Source: an uncultured Desulfobacterales bacterium (GTDB lineage Bacteria > Desulfobacterota > Desulfobacteria > Desulfobacterales > JAFDDL01). From it: a stretch of 61,957 nucleotides of DNA. Location of the stretch: the NCBI GenBank assembly GCA_964407825.1, contig CAYOXD010000003.1, forward strand, positions 8,308 through 70,264, read 5' to 3'. Within the stretch, counting starts at the first letter, position 1. Every line of letters begins with the position of its first letter. Shown here piece after piece: positions 1-9,184 of this stretch. The notes beneath the pieces are model-generated. The model worked only from the letters and a program-made list of their open reading frames with translations. It ran no database searches and was not told where the DNA came from. A program made the translations under genes and the position numbers.

Positions 1-109
1 GGGGCGAAACCGCCCTCGCCCTCATGAGCGAACCCCGCAGCCGAAACTTAGCCTTTCGGCCTTCCGGGTGCGGGGCCTCGGTGAGACACCTGGAAACCAA
101 CCGCTGGTA

Positions 110-898
110 TCAGGGGACGGGTCGGGGATGCTCCTCATCCACCGGCACGCTCGTATCTTTCCGTCTGCGCAACAGCGCCGCAAGGGGTCCGGACGAGACA
201 TACAGGACACCAATCGTGAACAGGGCGATTTGCGGTTGGGCGGCAATAAAAACGAGAATGAGGATAAGCCCGACGAGAACATTGAAGTTCATCCGCTTGA
301 AGAGTTCGGACTTCTTGAAGCTATTGTAACGGATATTACTCACCATCAAAAAGGACAGCACATAGAGCATCACCATGAATACAAACGGAGAAAGAGCGGT
401 ATGGATGCCCGCATGGATAGTGAACAGCACGGTCGAGGCGGCCATACTGGCCGCGGCTGGAATGGGAAGCCCCACAAAATACTCGCTGCTCACCGTGCCG
501 GTCTGGGTGTTGAACCGTGCCAGCCGGAGCGCGCCGCAGATGGTGAACAAAAAGGCCGCGAGCCACCCCACCCTGCCCAGGGGCTGCAGTGCCATCAGAT
601 AAATTAGAAGGCCTGGGGCAACGCCGAACGAGATAAGGTCGGCCAGGGAGTCGTATTCGACCCCGAACCGGCTGGCCGTGTTTGTGGCCCTGGCGATCTT
701 GCCATCCAGCCCGTCAAACAGCGCAGCAAGGATGATGGTCACGGACGCCGTTACATATTTTCCATGAATGGCGGAGACAATGGCGAAAAACCCGAACAGG
801 GCGTTTAGGGTCGTGAACAGATTGGGCAGAATATAGACCCCTCGCCTTAGTTTTTGACTTTCCACAAGACGGTGGCGTCGTTGATTTTTATTTCTCAC
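110..898 (-). CDS. pssA: CDP-diacylglycerol--serine O-phosphatidyltransferase
   Basis: LPNLFT, DGLDGKIAR and EYDSLADLISFGVAP CDP-alcohol phosphatidyltransferase motifs. GTG start at 898 chosen because it overlaps the psd stop (GTGA). Confidence 0.93.
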   Translation of the reverse strand: MRNKNQRRHRLVESQKLRRGVYILPNLFTTLNALFGFFAIVSAIHGKYVTASVTIILAALFDGLDGKIARATNTASRFGVEYDSLADLISFGVAPGLLIYLMALQPLGRVGWLAAFLFTICGALRLARFNTQTGTVSSEYFVGLPIPAAASMAASTVLFTIHAGIHTALSPFVFMVMLYVLSFLMVSNIRYNSFKKSELFKRMNFNVLVGLILILVFIAAQPQIALFTIGVLYVSSGPLAALLRRRKDTSVPVDEEHPRPVP

Positions 899-1566
899 CT
901 CAATTCTCCTATCACGGAGGTGCCCGCCTTCACCCGGTCCCCCACTGCGACCCCGATGGCGGCATCTTCCGGTAAATAGAGGTCCACCCGGGACCCGAAA
1001 CAGATCAAGCCCATCCGCTGACCCCTTGCCAACTCGTGCCCCTGTTGGACGGCGCAAACGATGCGGCGGGCGATGAGTCCCGCGATCTGGACCATACAGA
1101 CCAACTTTCCGCCTTCGGTTTCCAGCGTCACCGCGTTGCGCTCGTTGTCCGCCGAGGCCTTATCCAGACTCGCCACAAAGAATTTGCCTGGAAAGTAGGT
1201 GACCTCCCTGACGGTTCCCGCGCAGGGGACCCGATTTACGTGGACATTGAATACGCTCATGAAGATGCTGACCTTTGTGCAGGGACCGGCCATGAATCGA
1301 CTGGAGGGCAAGGATTCAACGGCGACCACCTTTCCGTCGGCCGGAGAAACCAGGGCTCCTTCCAGGTTCGGCACCGCACGATCCGGGTCCCTGAAAAAAA
1401 AGCAGATAAAGAGCGTGATAAATGCCGCCGGAATGGCCAGCACGTCTATCCCCAGAAGCGCAAACACCGCTGTTAAAAATGAAGCGGCAAAAATAAAAGG
1501 AATTCCAGCCTTTGCCACCGGGAAAGCGCTTTGTTTCGGCGGCTCGGGCCATTCAAATTGAGTCAT
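895..1566 (-). CDS. psd: Phosphatidylserine decarboxylase (short type)
   Basis: FFRDPDR, SPADGKV, SIFMSVFNVHVNR and FGSRVDLYLP (GS autocleavage site). Adjacent to pssA. Confidence 0.95.
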   Translation of the reverse strand: MTQFEWPEPPKQSAFPVAKAGIPFIFAASFLTAVFALLGIDVLAIPAAFITLFICFFFRDPDRAVPNLEGALVSPADGKVVAVESLPSSRFMAGPCTKVSIFMSVFNVHVNRVPCAGTVREVTYFPGKFFVASLDKASADNERNAVTLETEGGKLVCMVQIAGLIARRIVCAVQQGHELARGQRMGLICFGSRVDLYLPEDAAIGVAVGDRVKAGTSVIGELR

Positions 1567-1655
1567 AGATGGATCCTGTCGGTTGTTGGAAATTCAGTCG
1601 CGGCGTTCCGGTTCATTCTGTAATTTTGGATATGTATCGCAACTCAAAGGAACTG

Positions 1656-2351
1656 TCAAACACTCTCATGCGTTTTTTGGGGTTTTGCATAGGAGCGTCG
1701 CAAGTATTTCGGTACAAGATCAGAGGCATCGACGGCCTGGCCACTCGCAAATTTCATCCGACTCAGGTACCATACGCTTGATGCCCGAATAACATTCTGA
1801 AAAGGAAGCGCAAAGGCGGCCCTGGGCCCCATGGCCGCCTCAATCATCGCTCGGTACCGCAAGGCCCCGTCACCAACAAAGAGGCAGACCGTCTCCTGGA
1901 GACCCGCGAGAATCGTTTCTGGCGCGGCGGCAGTCTCCGGAGCCACGGCTCTGGGAAGACCGTCTGCCAGACGATACCGGCCGACGTACACTTCCTGATT
2001 CCGCGCGTCCAGCATGGAACAGATGTCACCTTCGGCGGACGAGCACTGGAGGGCGAGGGCCTCCAGGCTGGATATGGCCGCAAGGGGCTTGGCTGTCACT
2101 GCCGCCAGCCCCTTCAGGGTGCTCAGTCCGATGCGCAGACCCGTAAAGCTTCCCGGTCCCACCGTAATGCCGAACCCGTCGATCTCGTGCAGCGCCAGGC
2201 CCGCCATATGAAGGGCCCGATCTACCAATTGCATCAAGTGCCGGGAATGGGTCTCCTGACGGCCCATCAGGATTTCGGCCAGAAGCCGCTCCCCGTCCCC
2301 CACGGCAACGCTGCCACAGGCCGAAGCTGTGTCCAGAGCGAGAATCCGCAT
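1656..2351 (-). CDS. tsaB: tRNA threonylcarbamoyladenosine biosynthesis protein TsaB
   Basis: ILALDTAS, GPGSFTGLRIG, LDARNQEVY and P.YLR motifs. Confidence 0.95.
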   Translation of the reverse strand: MRILALDTASACGSVAVGDGERLLAEILMGRQETHSRHLMQLVDRALHMAGLALHEIDGFGITVGPGSFTGLRIGLSTLKGLAAVTAKPLAAISSLEALALQCSSAEGDICSMLDARNQEVYVGRYRLADGLPRAVAPETAAAPETILAGLQETVCLFVGDGALRYRAMIEAAMGPRAAFALPFQNVIRASSVWYLSRMKFASGQAVDASDLVPKYLRRSYAKPQKTHESV

Positions 2352-2354
2352 GGA

Positions 2355-4799
2355 TCAGCCGTCCTTCTTTTTCCCCACCCTTCTTCTGGATGCAGTTTTC
2401 CGGGCGGCCATGGCCTTTCGTTTCGGCATTCCCGGCATGGCAATGGGTAGCACCTCGTCCATGTCCCGAACGGTAATAAACTTGATCTTACGTTTGATAT
2501 TGGCCGGAATCTCCGAAAGGTCCTTGAGGTTTTTCTCGGGAACGATGATGGTCCGGATGCCGGCCCTGAGGGCACCCATGGCCTTTTCTCGCAGTCCGCC
2601 GATGGGCAACACCCGCCCTCGGAGGGTAATCTCGCCGGTCATGGCCACTTCCTTGTTGATGGGCTGGCTGGTTGCCACGGACATCAGGGCCGTGGCCATG
2701 GCGATGCCGGCAGAGGGGCCATCCTTGGGAATGGCGCCCGCCGGTACATGGATATGGATATCCTGGTTGTCGAAAAAGGTACTTTTCACGCCGAAAGCCG
2801 CCAGGTTGGCCCGGGTGTAGCTCATGGCGGCCCGGGCAGACTCCTGCATGATCTCGCCGAGTTGGCCGGTGATGATGAGTTCCCCCTTGCCGCCCATGAG
2901 GGTGGCCTCCACGTACAGCACCTCACCGCCCACCTGGGTCCACGCCAGGCCTGTGGATAGTCCGACCTGGCTCTCCTCCGGATCCATCTCCTGGATGAAT
3001 TTGGGGACCCCCAGGTAGCGCTGGAGACCGCCCCGGGTCACCCTTACGATGCCTTTATGTCCTTCCGCGTATTCGCGGGCGATTTTCCGGCAGATGCTGC
3101 CGATCTCCCTTTCAAGGTTCCGCAGGCCCGCCTCAGAGGTATACTCCTCGATGATCTGGGTTAGGACGTTGGTGCTGATGTTCACGTTTTTACCCTTGAG
3201 GCCGTTCTCCTTTATCTGTCTGGGAATCAGGAAATCCCTCGCAATCCGGACTTTTTCCTCTTTGGTATACCCCGGCAGGTTGATCACCTCCATTCGATCG
3301 AGCAGGGCCGAAGGAATCGTATCGGTCTGATTGGCCGTCAGGATGAACATCACTCTGGACAGATCGAAGGGAATATTGAGATAATGGTCGCTGAACTCCC
3401 GGTTCTGTTCCGGATCCAGAGCCTCCAGCAGCGCCGAGGAGGGGTCCCCGCGAAAATCGGATCCCAGCTTATCGATCTCGTCCATCATGAAGACCGGATT
3501 GTTGGTGCCACACTGTTTGAGTCCCTGGAGAATCCGACCGGGCAGTGCGCCAATGTAGGTGCGTCGGTGCCCCCTGATTTCAGCCTCATCGTGAATGCCG
3601 CCCAGGGACATGCGGTGAAATTTGCGCTTCATGGCCTTGGCGATGGCCTGGCCCATGGAGGTCTTACCAACTCCCGGAGGCCCCACGAAACACAGGATCG
3701 GCCCCTTCATCACGGGGTTGAGCTTTCGGACGCTCAGGTATTCCAGAATCCGGTCCTTCACCTTTTCCAACCCGTAATGCTGGCTGTCCAAAACCCCCTT
3801 GGCGTTCTTTATGTCGAGAAAATCCTTGGTGTCCTTGCTCCAGGGCATCTCGGTCAACCAGTCCAGGTAGTTTCTGACCACGGCCGATTCCGCGGAATCC
3901 GGATGCATCTGCTCCAGTCGCCGAATCTGCTTGTTAGCCTCTTCCCCGGCTTCTTTGGGCATTTTGGCCTTTTTGACGCGCTTTCGATAGTCCTCCACCT
4001 CCTGGGCTTTATCGTCACTCTCGCCCAGTTCCCGATGAATGGCCCGGACCTGTTCCCTGAGGAAATAGTCCCGCTGGCTCTTGGAAATTTCGTCCCGTAC
4101 GTCCGACTGGATCTTGGCCTGCATGGCGGAAAGATCGACCTCTTTGGACAGCAGATCGTTCACCTTCCGGAGGCGCTCCACCGGGTCGAACACCTCGAGC
4201 AACTGCTGGGATTCCTCGATTTTGAGTCGAAGGTTGGAGGCCACAAGGTCCGCCAACTTGCCTGGATCTTCCATGCTCTCCAGGATCACGCCCACATCTC
4301 CGGTCATCTCGCCGCGCAGGGCGAGTATTTTCTCGGAATAATCGCGGACATTTCTCATGAGGGCCTCAACCTCCAGGGTCATTTCCTTGAGGGGAGCCTC
4401 CTCCACGAATTCAACCTTGACCTTGTAGTGGGGCCTTTTCCGGACGTACTTCAGGACCCGCCCCTTGGCCACCCCCTGAACCAGGGCCTTGACCCGTCCA
4501 TCCGGCAGCTTGAGCATGCGCAGGATACGGCCCACCGTCCCCACCCGGTAAATGTCATCGGGCTTGGGATTTTCCACGTTCGGATCCTTCTGGGTGGCTA
4601 AAAACAGGAATCGATCCTGGGTTACCGCCTCCTCCGCGGCTCGAACGGATTTTTCACGCCCGATGAAGAGCGGCAGCAGCATGTCGGTGAAAATCACCAC
4701 ATCCCGAACCGGCAGCAGCGGCAACGGATTGGGAACCTCTGCGTCTCCCTCCTCTTCATCGATAATACTAATCAGGTCATCCCTGTCGGTTTCAGCCAT
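2355..4799 (-). CDS. lon: ATP-dependent Lon protease
   Basis: N-terminal LON domain, Walker A GPPGVGKT, catalytic PKDGPSAG and IGGLREK. Confidence 0.98.
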   Translation of the reverse strand: MAETDRDDLISIIDEEEGDAEVPNPLPLLPVRDVVIFTDMLLPLFIGREKSVRAAEEAVTQDRFLFLATQKDPNVENPKPDDIYRVGTVGRILRMLKLPDGRVKALVQGVAKGRVLKYVRKRPHYKVKVEFVEEAPLKEMTLEVEALMRNVRDYSEKILALRGEMTGDVGVILESMEDPGKLADLVASNLRLKIEESQQLLEVFDPVERLRKVNDLLSKEVDLSAMQAKIQSDVRDEISKSQRDYFLREQVRAIHRELGESDDKAQEVEDYRKRVKKAKMPKEAGEEANKQIRRLEQMHPDSAESAVVRNYLDWLTEMPWSKDTKDFLDIKNAKGVLDSQHYGLEKVKDRILEYLSVRKLNPVMKGPILCFVGPPGVGKTSMGQAIAKAMKRKFHRMSLGGIHDEAEIRGHRRTYIGALPGRILQGLKQCGTNNPVFMMDEIDKLGSDFRGDPSSALLEALDPEQNREFSDHYLNIPFDLSRVMFILTANQTDTIPSALLDRMEVINLPGYTKEEKVRIARDFLIPRQIKENGLKGKNVNISTNVLTQIIEEYTSEAGLRNLEREIGSICRKIAREYAEGHKGIVRVTRGGLQRYLGVPKFIQEMDPEESQVGLSTGLAWTQVGGEVLYVEATLMGGKGELIITGQLGEIMQESARAAMSYTRANLAAFGVKSTFFDNQDIHIHVPAGAIPKDGPSAGIAMATALMSVATSQPINKEVAMTGEITLRGRVLPIGGLREKAMGALRAGIRTIIVPEKNLKDLSEIPANIKRKIKFITVRDMDEVLPIAMPGMPKRKAMAARKTASRRRVGKKKDG

Positions 4800-4840
4800 T
4801 TGATCTCCCGTCGTTTCGTTCTGGATTGCATAAATATTTT

Positions 4841-4868
4841 ATTATAAGGCAACTTTTTTCTTTGACAA
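4841..4868 (-). promoter_or_regulatory. Sigma70-type promoter for the lon-tsaB operon
   Basis: Minus strand TTGTCA (4868-4863), 16-nt spacer, TATAAT (4846-4841), about 40 nt upstream of the lon start. Confidence 0.6.
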
Positions 4869-4965
4869 CATCAAACTTGATTTTTTATGAAACTTAGCTG
4901 CGTGGATTTTGAATTCCAGGGATTTGCTTTTTACCGCTATTTTACCGCTAAAGGATCTGAACTGC

Positions 4966-5757
4966 ATGGATCTATACCTGCCGATCGTGACGGTTTTTCT
5001 GCTGGGTCTTTGCGTGGGCAGTTTTCTGAATGTGTGCATTTACCGGCTGCCCGCCGAAACCTCCATTGTGCGCCCGGGCTCCATGTGTCCCGTTTGTAAA
5101 ACGCCCATCCGCGCCTATGACAACATTCCCCTGCTCAGTTACCTGCTCCTCGGCGGCAGATGCAGAAAGTGCAAGACCCCCATTCCCATCCGATACCCCC
5201 TGGTGGAGCTGATCACCGGTCTGCTGGCCCTGGCCGCACTGGCACGGTTCGGTCCCACCATGGCGGCGGGGGTCATTTTCATCTTCTGCGCTGCGCTGAT
5301 CGCCGTGACTTTCATCGACATCGATCACCAGATCATACCCGACAGCATCACCCTCCCCGGTATCCTCTTTTTTCTTGCGATAAGACTCATCCTGCCGCAC
5401 CAGAATGCAGCCGTTGCGCTTTTTCACTCCGTATTGGGAATTGTAGCCGGCGGTGGCAGTCTTTTCTTGGTGGCTTGGACCTATCAGGCCCTGACCGGCA
5501 AGGAGGGAATGGGAGGGGGCGACATCAAGCTATTGGCCATGATCGGTGCGGTAGTGGGCTGGCAGGGGGTGCTCTTCACCATTTTCGCCGGATCGAGCAT
5601 GGGATGTCTGATGGGGTTCCTGCTGATGGCTGTCACGTCAGGGAAAAGTGCAGGGATGAAGCTGAGGGTCCCCTTCGGTCCTTTCCTGTCCCTGGGCGCC
5701 CTGATCTATATTTTTTGGGGCCCCTATCTGATCCATTGGTATCTCAACCTGTTGTAG
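4966..5757 (+). CDS. pilD: Prepilin peptidase/N-methyltransferase
   Basis: GSFLNVCIYRLP, two CxxC pairs (CPVC, CRKC), DIDHQIIPD and MGGGDIKL. Start taken at the second Met. Confidence 0.95.
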   Translation: MDLYLPIVTVFLLGLCVGSFLNVCIYRLPAETSIVRPGSMCPVCKTPIRAYDNIPLLSYLLLGGRCRKCKTPIPIRYPLVELITGLLALAALARFGPTMAAGVIFIFCAALIAVTFIDIDHQIIPDSITLPGILFFLAIRLILPHQNAAVALFHSVLGIVAGGGSLFLVAWTYQALTGKEGMGGGDIKLLAMIGAVVGWQGVLFTIFAGSSMGCLMGFLLMAVTSGKSAGMKLRVPFGPFLSLGALIYIFWGPYLIHWYLNLL

Positions 5758-6217
5758 GGTGCCACAGGCACCATTTGGGACTTCCACCATACCCCAGCAC
5801 ATAGCTGCCCCCTGCCAGAAACACCAGATCCCGAACCAGCAGCAGCCCGGCTGCGGACGGTCGGTCGGCCGCGCCCATGGCAAAGCAGCCACAGTCGAAC
5901 TGATGGCCCCGCACCAGGTTGATGGAAATGCCCACGATAAAGACGGAAAGCAACACCTCGATTATCAGCGCCGCGGACCTGGGATAGATACCCGCCATCA
6001 GGGCCGCACCGGATATCAGCTCCAGGAATGGAAGGACGATGGCGATCAGGTTAATGATAGCATGGGGAACCAGCTGATATCCATAAACTATTTTTGCGAA
6101 TCCGGCCGGATCGGCAATTTTGTGCACACTGGCTACCACAAACGCCCCCCCCAACAGCCAACGAACAGACAACTCTGCCCAGGGATGGTTCAAAAAGCTC
6201 TCGATTCGCTCATTCAA
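5744..6217 (-). CDS. MauE/DoxX family membrane protein
   Basis: KIADP, LPFLEL, DCGCF and RDL motifs, with 4 predicted TM segments. Start uncertain (TTG 6217, or further upstream). Confidence 0.82.
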   Translation of the reverse strand: MNERIESFLNHPWAELSVRWLLGGAFVVASVHKIADPAGFAKIVYGYQLVPHAIINLIAIVLPFLELISGAALMAGIYPRSAALIIEVLLSVFIVGISINLVRGHQFDCGCFAMGAADRPSAAGLLLVRDLVFLAGGSYVLGYGGSPKWCLWHPTTG

Positions 6218-6686
6218 CAGGGTAGCCCTCCGCTTTCCAGGCCGGGAACCCGTCCGCAAAAACCTTCACATGGGAGAATCCGTAATCACTCAGCCGGTCG
6301 GCCAGCATGTGACTGTCCTGGCATTGACGCCCGGAGCAATAAGTGACGATGTGCGTATCCGGGTCATGGGCCCTGGCAAAGGCTTCGATGAGCCGGTCCA
6401 GTTCACCCACCGGAAGCGAGACCGCCCCCTTGATATGCCCGGCCATATACATTTCAGCCGGACGGGCATCGACGAAGAGGACCCCCTTCTGGCCATACAA
6501 TGCCCGAGCCTGGGCCAGGCTGATTTCCCGGCTGTGCACCACCACATTCAGCTTGGACCTTGCGGAAATCACACCGTCCCTGGTGTTCCAGTCCCCTATC
6601 AGGGCAATCCCCACCGGTGAAAAATGATTTATTGTGAAGGCCGTGATCAACGCGGCACCGATCAGGATCACAAAGCCCTTCATCAT
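6210..6686 (-). CDS. Rhodanese-like domain protein with N-terminal membrane anchor
   Basis: FVDARP, GHIKGA, active-site loop YCSGRQC and GFPAWKAEGYPVE. Confidence 0.88.
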   Translation of the reverse strand: MMKGFVILIGAALITAFTINHFSPVGIALIGDWNTRDGVISARSKLNVVVHSREISLAQARALYGQKGVLFVDARPAEMYMAGHIKGAVSLPVGELDRLIEAFARAHDPDTHIVTYCSGRQCQDSHMLADRLSDYGFSHVKVFADGFPAWKAEGYPVE

Positions 6687-6925
6687 CCGCCATCCTCCTG
6701 CCCATCTCCTTGAAATAGCTTTACCGCAGCCTCCCATCGGTGTTACTAGCCAAGGGTCGACGGCGTCCCATCGCCGCTAAGGAATATCAAACCATTTTGA
6801 TTAATCAACCCCCAAGGGGGGAAGCGATCAGGGCGATGGCCGATACCCTCATGCCGCCACACTGGAAAGGCGCAGGGCGTCAGCCTGCCGTCTGCGCTCC
6901 CCCATGCCAATGGCATCTCCATATT

Positions 6926-7651
6926 ATGCGAATTGCAATTGTCTCCGACATCCATGGTAATTTTGAGGCACTCCAGGCGGTTGTGATGGACATGCACCGC
7001 GTCGGGATCGACTCTGCCATCTGCCTGGGGGACATGATCAGTTACGGCCCGGAATCCGAAAAATGTGTCCGCCGGGTGCGCCAGATGGCGTGGCGCACGG
7101 TGATGGGCAATCACGAGTTGGGGCTGAGGGAGCCCTCCCATCTGGGCTGGTTCAACCCTCAGGCGCGGCAATCCCTGCAAAGGGCAATCTTCACCCTCTC
7201 AACTCCGTCAAGATCGTTCATCTCAGGACTCGAACCGTTTCTGGTGGACTACGGCTGCAGGTTCGTGCACGGCTTTCCCCCGGACTCTCCCAATACCTAT
7301 CTGTTCTCCGTCAGCGATGCGGAGATCCGCAGCGCCTTCAATGCCATGGCGGAGCGCCTCTGTTTCGTGGGCCATACCCATTTGTTGGAACTGATCGACG
7401 ATGACGGCAAGACGGTTCACCGCCGGCCGCTCGTACGGGGGGTTACGAGGCTTGAAGCCGGGCGTCGGTACCTGGTGAATGTGGGCAGCGTCGGGCAGCC
7501 CAGAGATGGGGATCCGGACGCCAAATATGTCATCCATGACACCGTCAGCCTGGAACTGGAGCTGCGGTGCGTGCCATACGATGTGGAGGCGGTGGTGCGC
7601 AAAATAAGAAGTGCCGGGCTCCCAGAGGCCCATGCGCTTCGGCTGCGGTAA
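6926..7651 (+). CDS. Calcineurin-like metallophosphoesterase
   Basis: SDIHGN, LGD..YG, GNHE, HG, GHTH and NVGSVGQPRDG motifs. Confidence 0.9.
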   Translation: MRIAIVSDIHGNFEALQAVVMDMHRVGIDSAICLGDMISYGPESEKCVRRVRQMAWRTVMGNHELGLREPSHLGWFNPQARQSLQRAIFTLSTPSRSFISGLEPFLVDYGCRFVHGFPPDSPNTYLFSVSDAEIRSAFNAMAERLCFVGHTHLLELIDDDGKTVHRRPLVRGVTRLEAGRRYLVNVGSVGQPRDGDPDAKYVIHDTVSLELELRCVPYDVEAVVRKIRSAGLPEAHALRLR

Positions 7652-7696
7652 TTAGCTGTTAGCTTTTAAGGGAGCAAGCAACCACTTGAAGTTACT

Positions 7697-9073
7697 GTGA
7701 AAAGAATCGGTCGATACATCATTCGAGGGCTTCTGGGACGCGGGGGCATGAGCCGGGTCTATCGGGTCAGGCTGCCGGTGATCGGCGGTTCGAAGGCGCT
7801 GAAGCTGTTAGCGCCACACCCATCCCTGGTGGACCTGTTGGGAATGGATAAGATCCGGAGCCTTTTCAAAGCCGAGGCGGTCACCATGGCCGGCCTCAGA
7901 CATCCGAACGTGGTGGCCGTGCATGATTTCGATGAGGTGGACGGCCGCATATTCTATGTTATGGAGTATTTCAGCAACAATCTCGGCGAGTTGATCGGTG
8001 AAACCTATAGGACCGAAGCGCCTTCCAGGGTGCTGCCCATCGAAAAGACGCTCCATTACGCCCGTCAGATCCTCCAGGGCCTGGGACGGCTCCACCATGA
8101 CGGAATCGTCCACCGGGACATCAAGCCCTTCAATTTACTGATCACCGATCAGGACCGGCTTAAAATTTGTGATTTCGGTCTGTCCAAGCTCAGACAGGAA
8201 GAGACCCAGGCTCCCGGCAACCTCAAAGTGGGCTCTCCCTTTTACGCGGCCCCCGAGCAGGAGGCGGCTCCCGAACGGGTGGGCATCCAGGCGGACATTT
8301 TCTCAGTGGGCGTTGTCATTCACCGTATGCTCACGGGAAGACTCCCCTATGGAGACGGCACCGATCCCCAGGGACCGGCCAGCCGGTTGAACCCGAACCT
8401 CGATGGGGCCTGGGATGCCTTTCTCGAAAAATCCCTTGCCCCGGACCTGAACCTGCGGTTCGAAAGCTGCGAGGCAATGTCCCTGGCGCTTGAAAACCTG
8501 GCCGGGCTCTGGAAGAAAAAAAAGGCCGGCATATGCGCCCTCTTGACGGCCCCTGTTTCGAGCGACCCGAACCGCAGGGTTGGCAATGCCCCCCCTGCGC
8601 CCCCCAGGAGCCGGAGGCTGAAGGTTCCACCCGGCCGCGCCAGGGACGCCTTTGGCCTCGATGCCTTGATGCGTCCCCTGCGTTCTCACGGGCACCAGAT
8701 GGAGCGAAGGAGCCCGTGCCTAGTCCGCGACCCCCAGACGGGGTTGCTGTGGCAGCAGGGGGGCTCGCCCTACCCCCTGACTTGGGGGGAGGCCCATGAT
8801 TACATCGAAAAGCTCAACCACCAGCGGTTCCAGGACCGGACCGACTGGCGTCTGCCGACGATTCCGGAGCTCTTGTCCATCATGACCCGTCCTCCTCAGG
8901 GGGCGGACCTCTGTCTTGCGCCGATCTTTGATCCCGCACAACGTTGGTTATGGAGCAACGACAGAAGCGCCTATACCGCCGCCTGGTATGTCAGTATGGA
9001 GATGGGCTTCGTGGCCAGGAACGATTTTTCGGCCGCCTACTTTGCGAAAGGCGTTTGCAGCTCGGCAGGATGA
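7697..9073 (+). CDS. Ser/Thr (Hanks-type) protein kinase with C-terminal DUF1566/Lcl-type domain
   Basis: GRGGMS, ALK, HRDIKPFN, DFG and YAAPE. C-terminal V.D..TGLLWQ...WRLPTIPEL...W.WS...AW.V. GTG start. Confidence 0.88.
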   Translation: MKRIGRYIIRGLLGRGGMSRVYRVRLPVIGGSKALKLLAPHPSLVDLLGMDKIRSLFKAEAVTMAGLRHPNVVAVHDFDEVDGRIFYVMEYFSNNLGELIGETYRTEAPSRVLPIEKTLHYARQILQGLGRLHHDGIVHRDIKPFNLLITDQDRLKICDFGLSKLRQEETQAPGNLKVGSPFYAAPEQEAAPERVGIQADIFSVGVVIHRMLTGRLPYGDGTDPQGPASRLNPNLDGAWDAFLEKSLAPDLNLRFESCEAMSLALENLAGLWKKKKAGICALLTAPVSSDPNRRVGNAPPAPPRSRRLKVPPGRARDAFGLDALMRPLRSHGHQMERRSPCLVRDPQTGLLWQQGGSPYPLTWGEAHDYIEKLNHQRFQDRTDWRLPTIPELLSIMTRPPQGADLCLAPIFDPAQRWLWSNDRSAYTAAWYVSMEMGFVARNDFSAAYFAKGVCSSAG

Positions 9074-9184
9074 TCCGTCGCACCCCTGCTTCGAGATACG
9101 ATTCCACGTTGCGTTGAACTGCAAAAGGATTTATTTTTATTGAATTGGACCACCTGATCAGAAATGCACCAGGAGGAACTCCAC

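Noticed and set aside
3384-4601. 405-aa plus-strand ORF, and similar long ORFs at 14734-15825, 18759-19763, 21803-22678, 36923-37987, 57279-58421 and 59689-60579
   Set aside because: They lie antisense to well-supported genes, have no recognisable motifs, and show the composition typical of shadow ORFs in GC-rich DNA.
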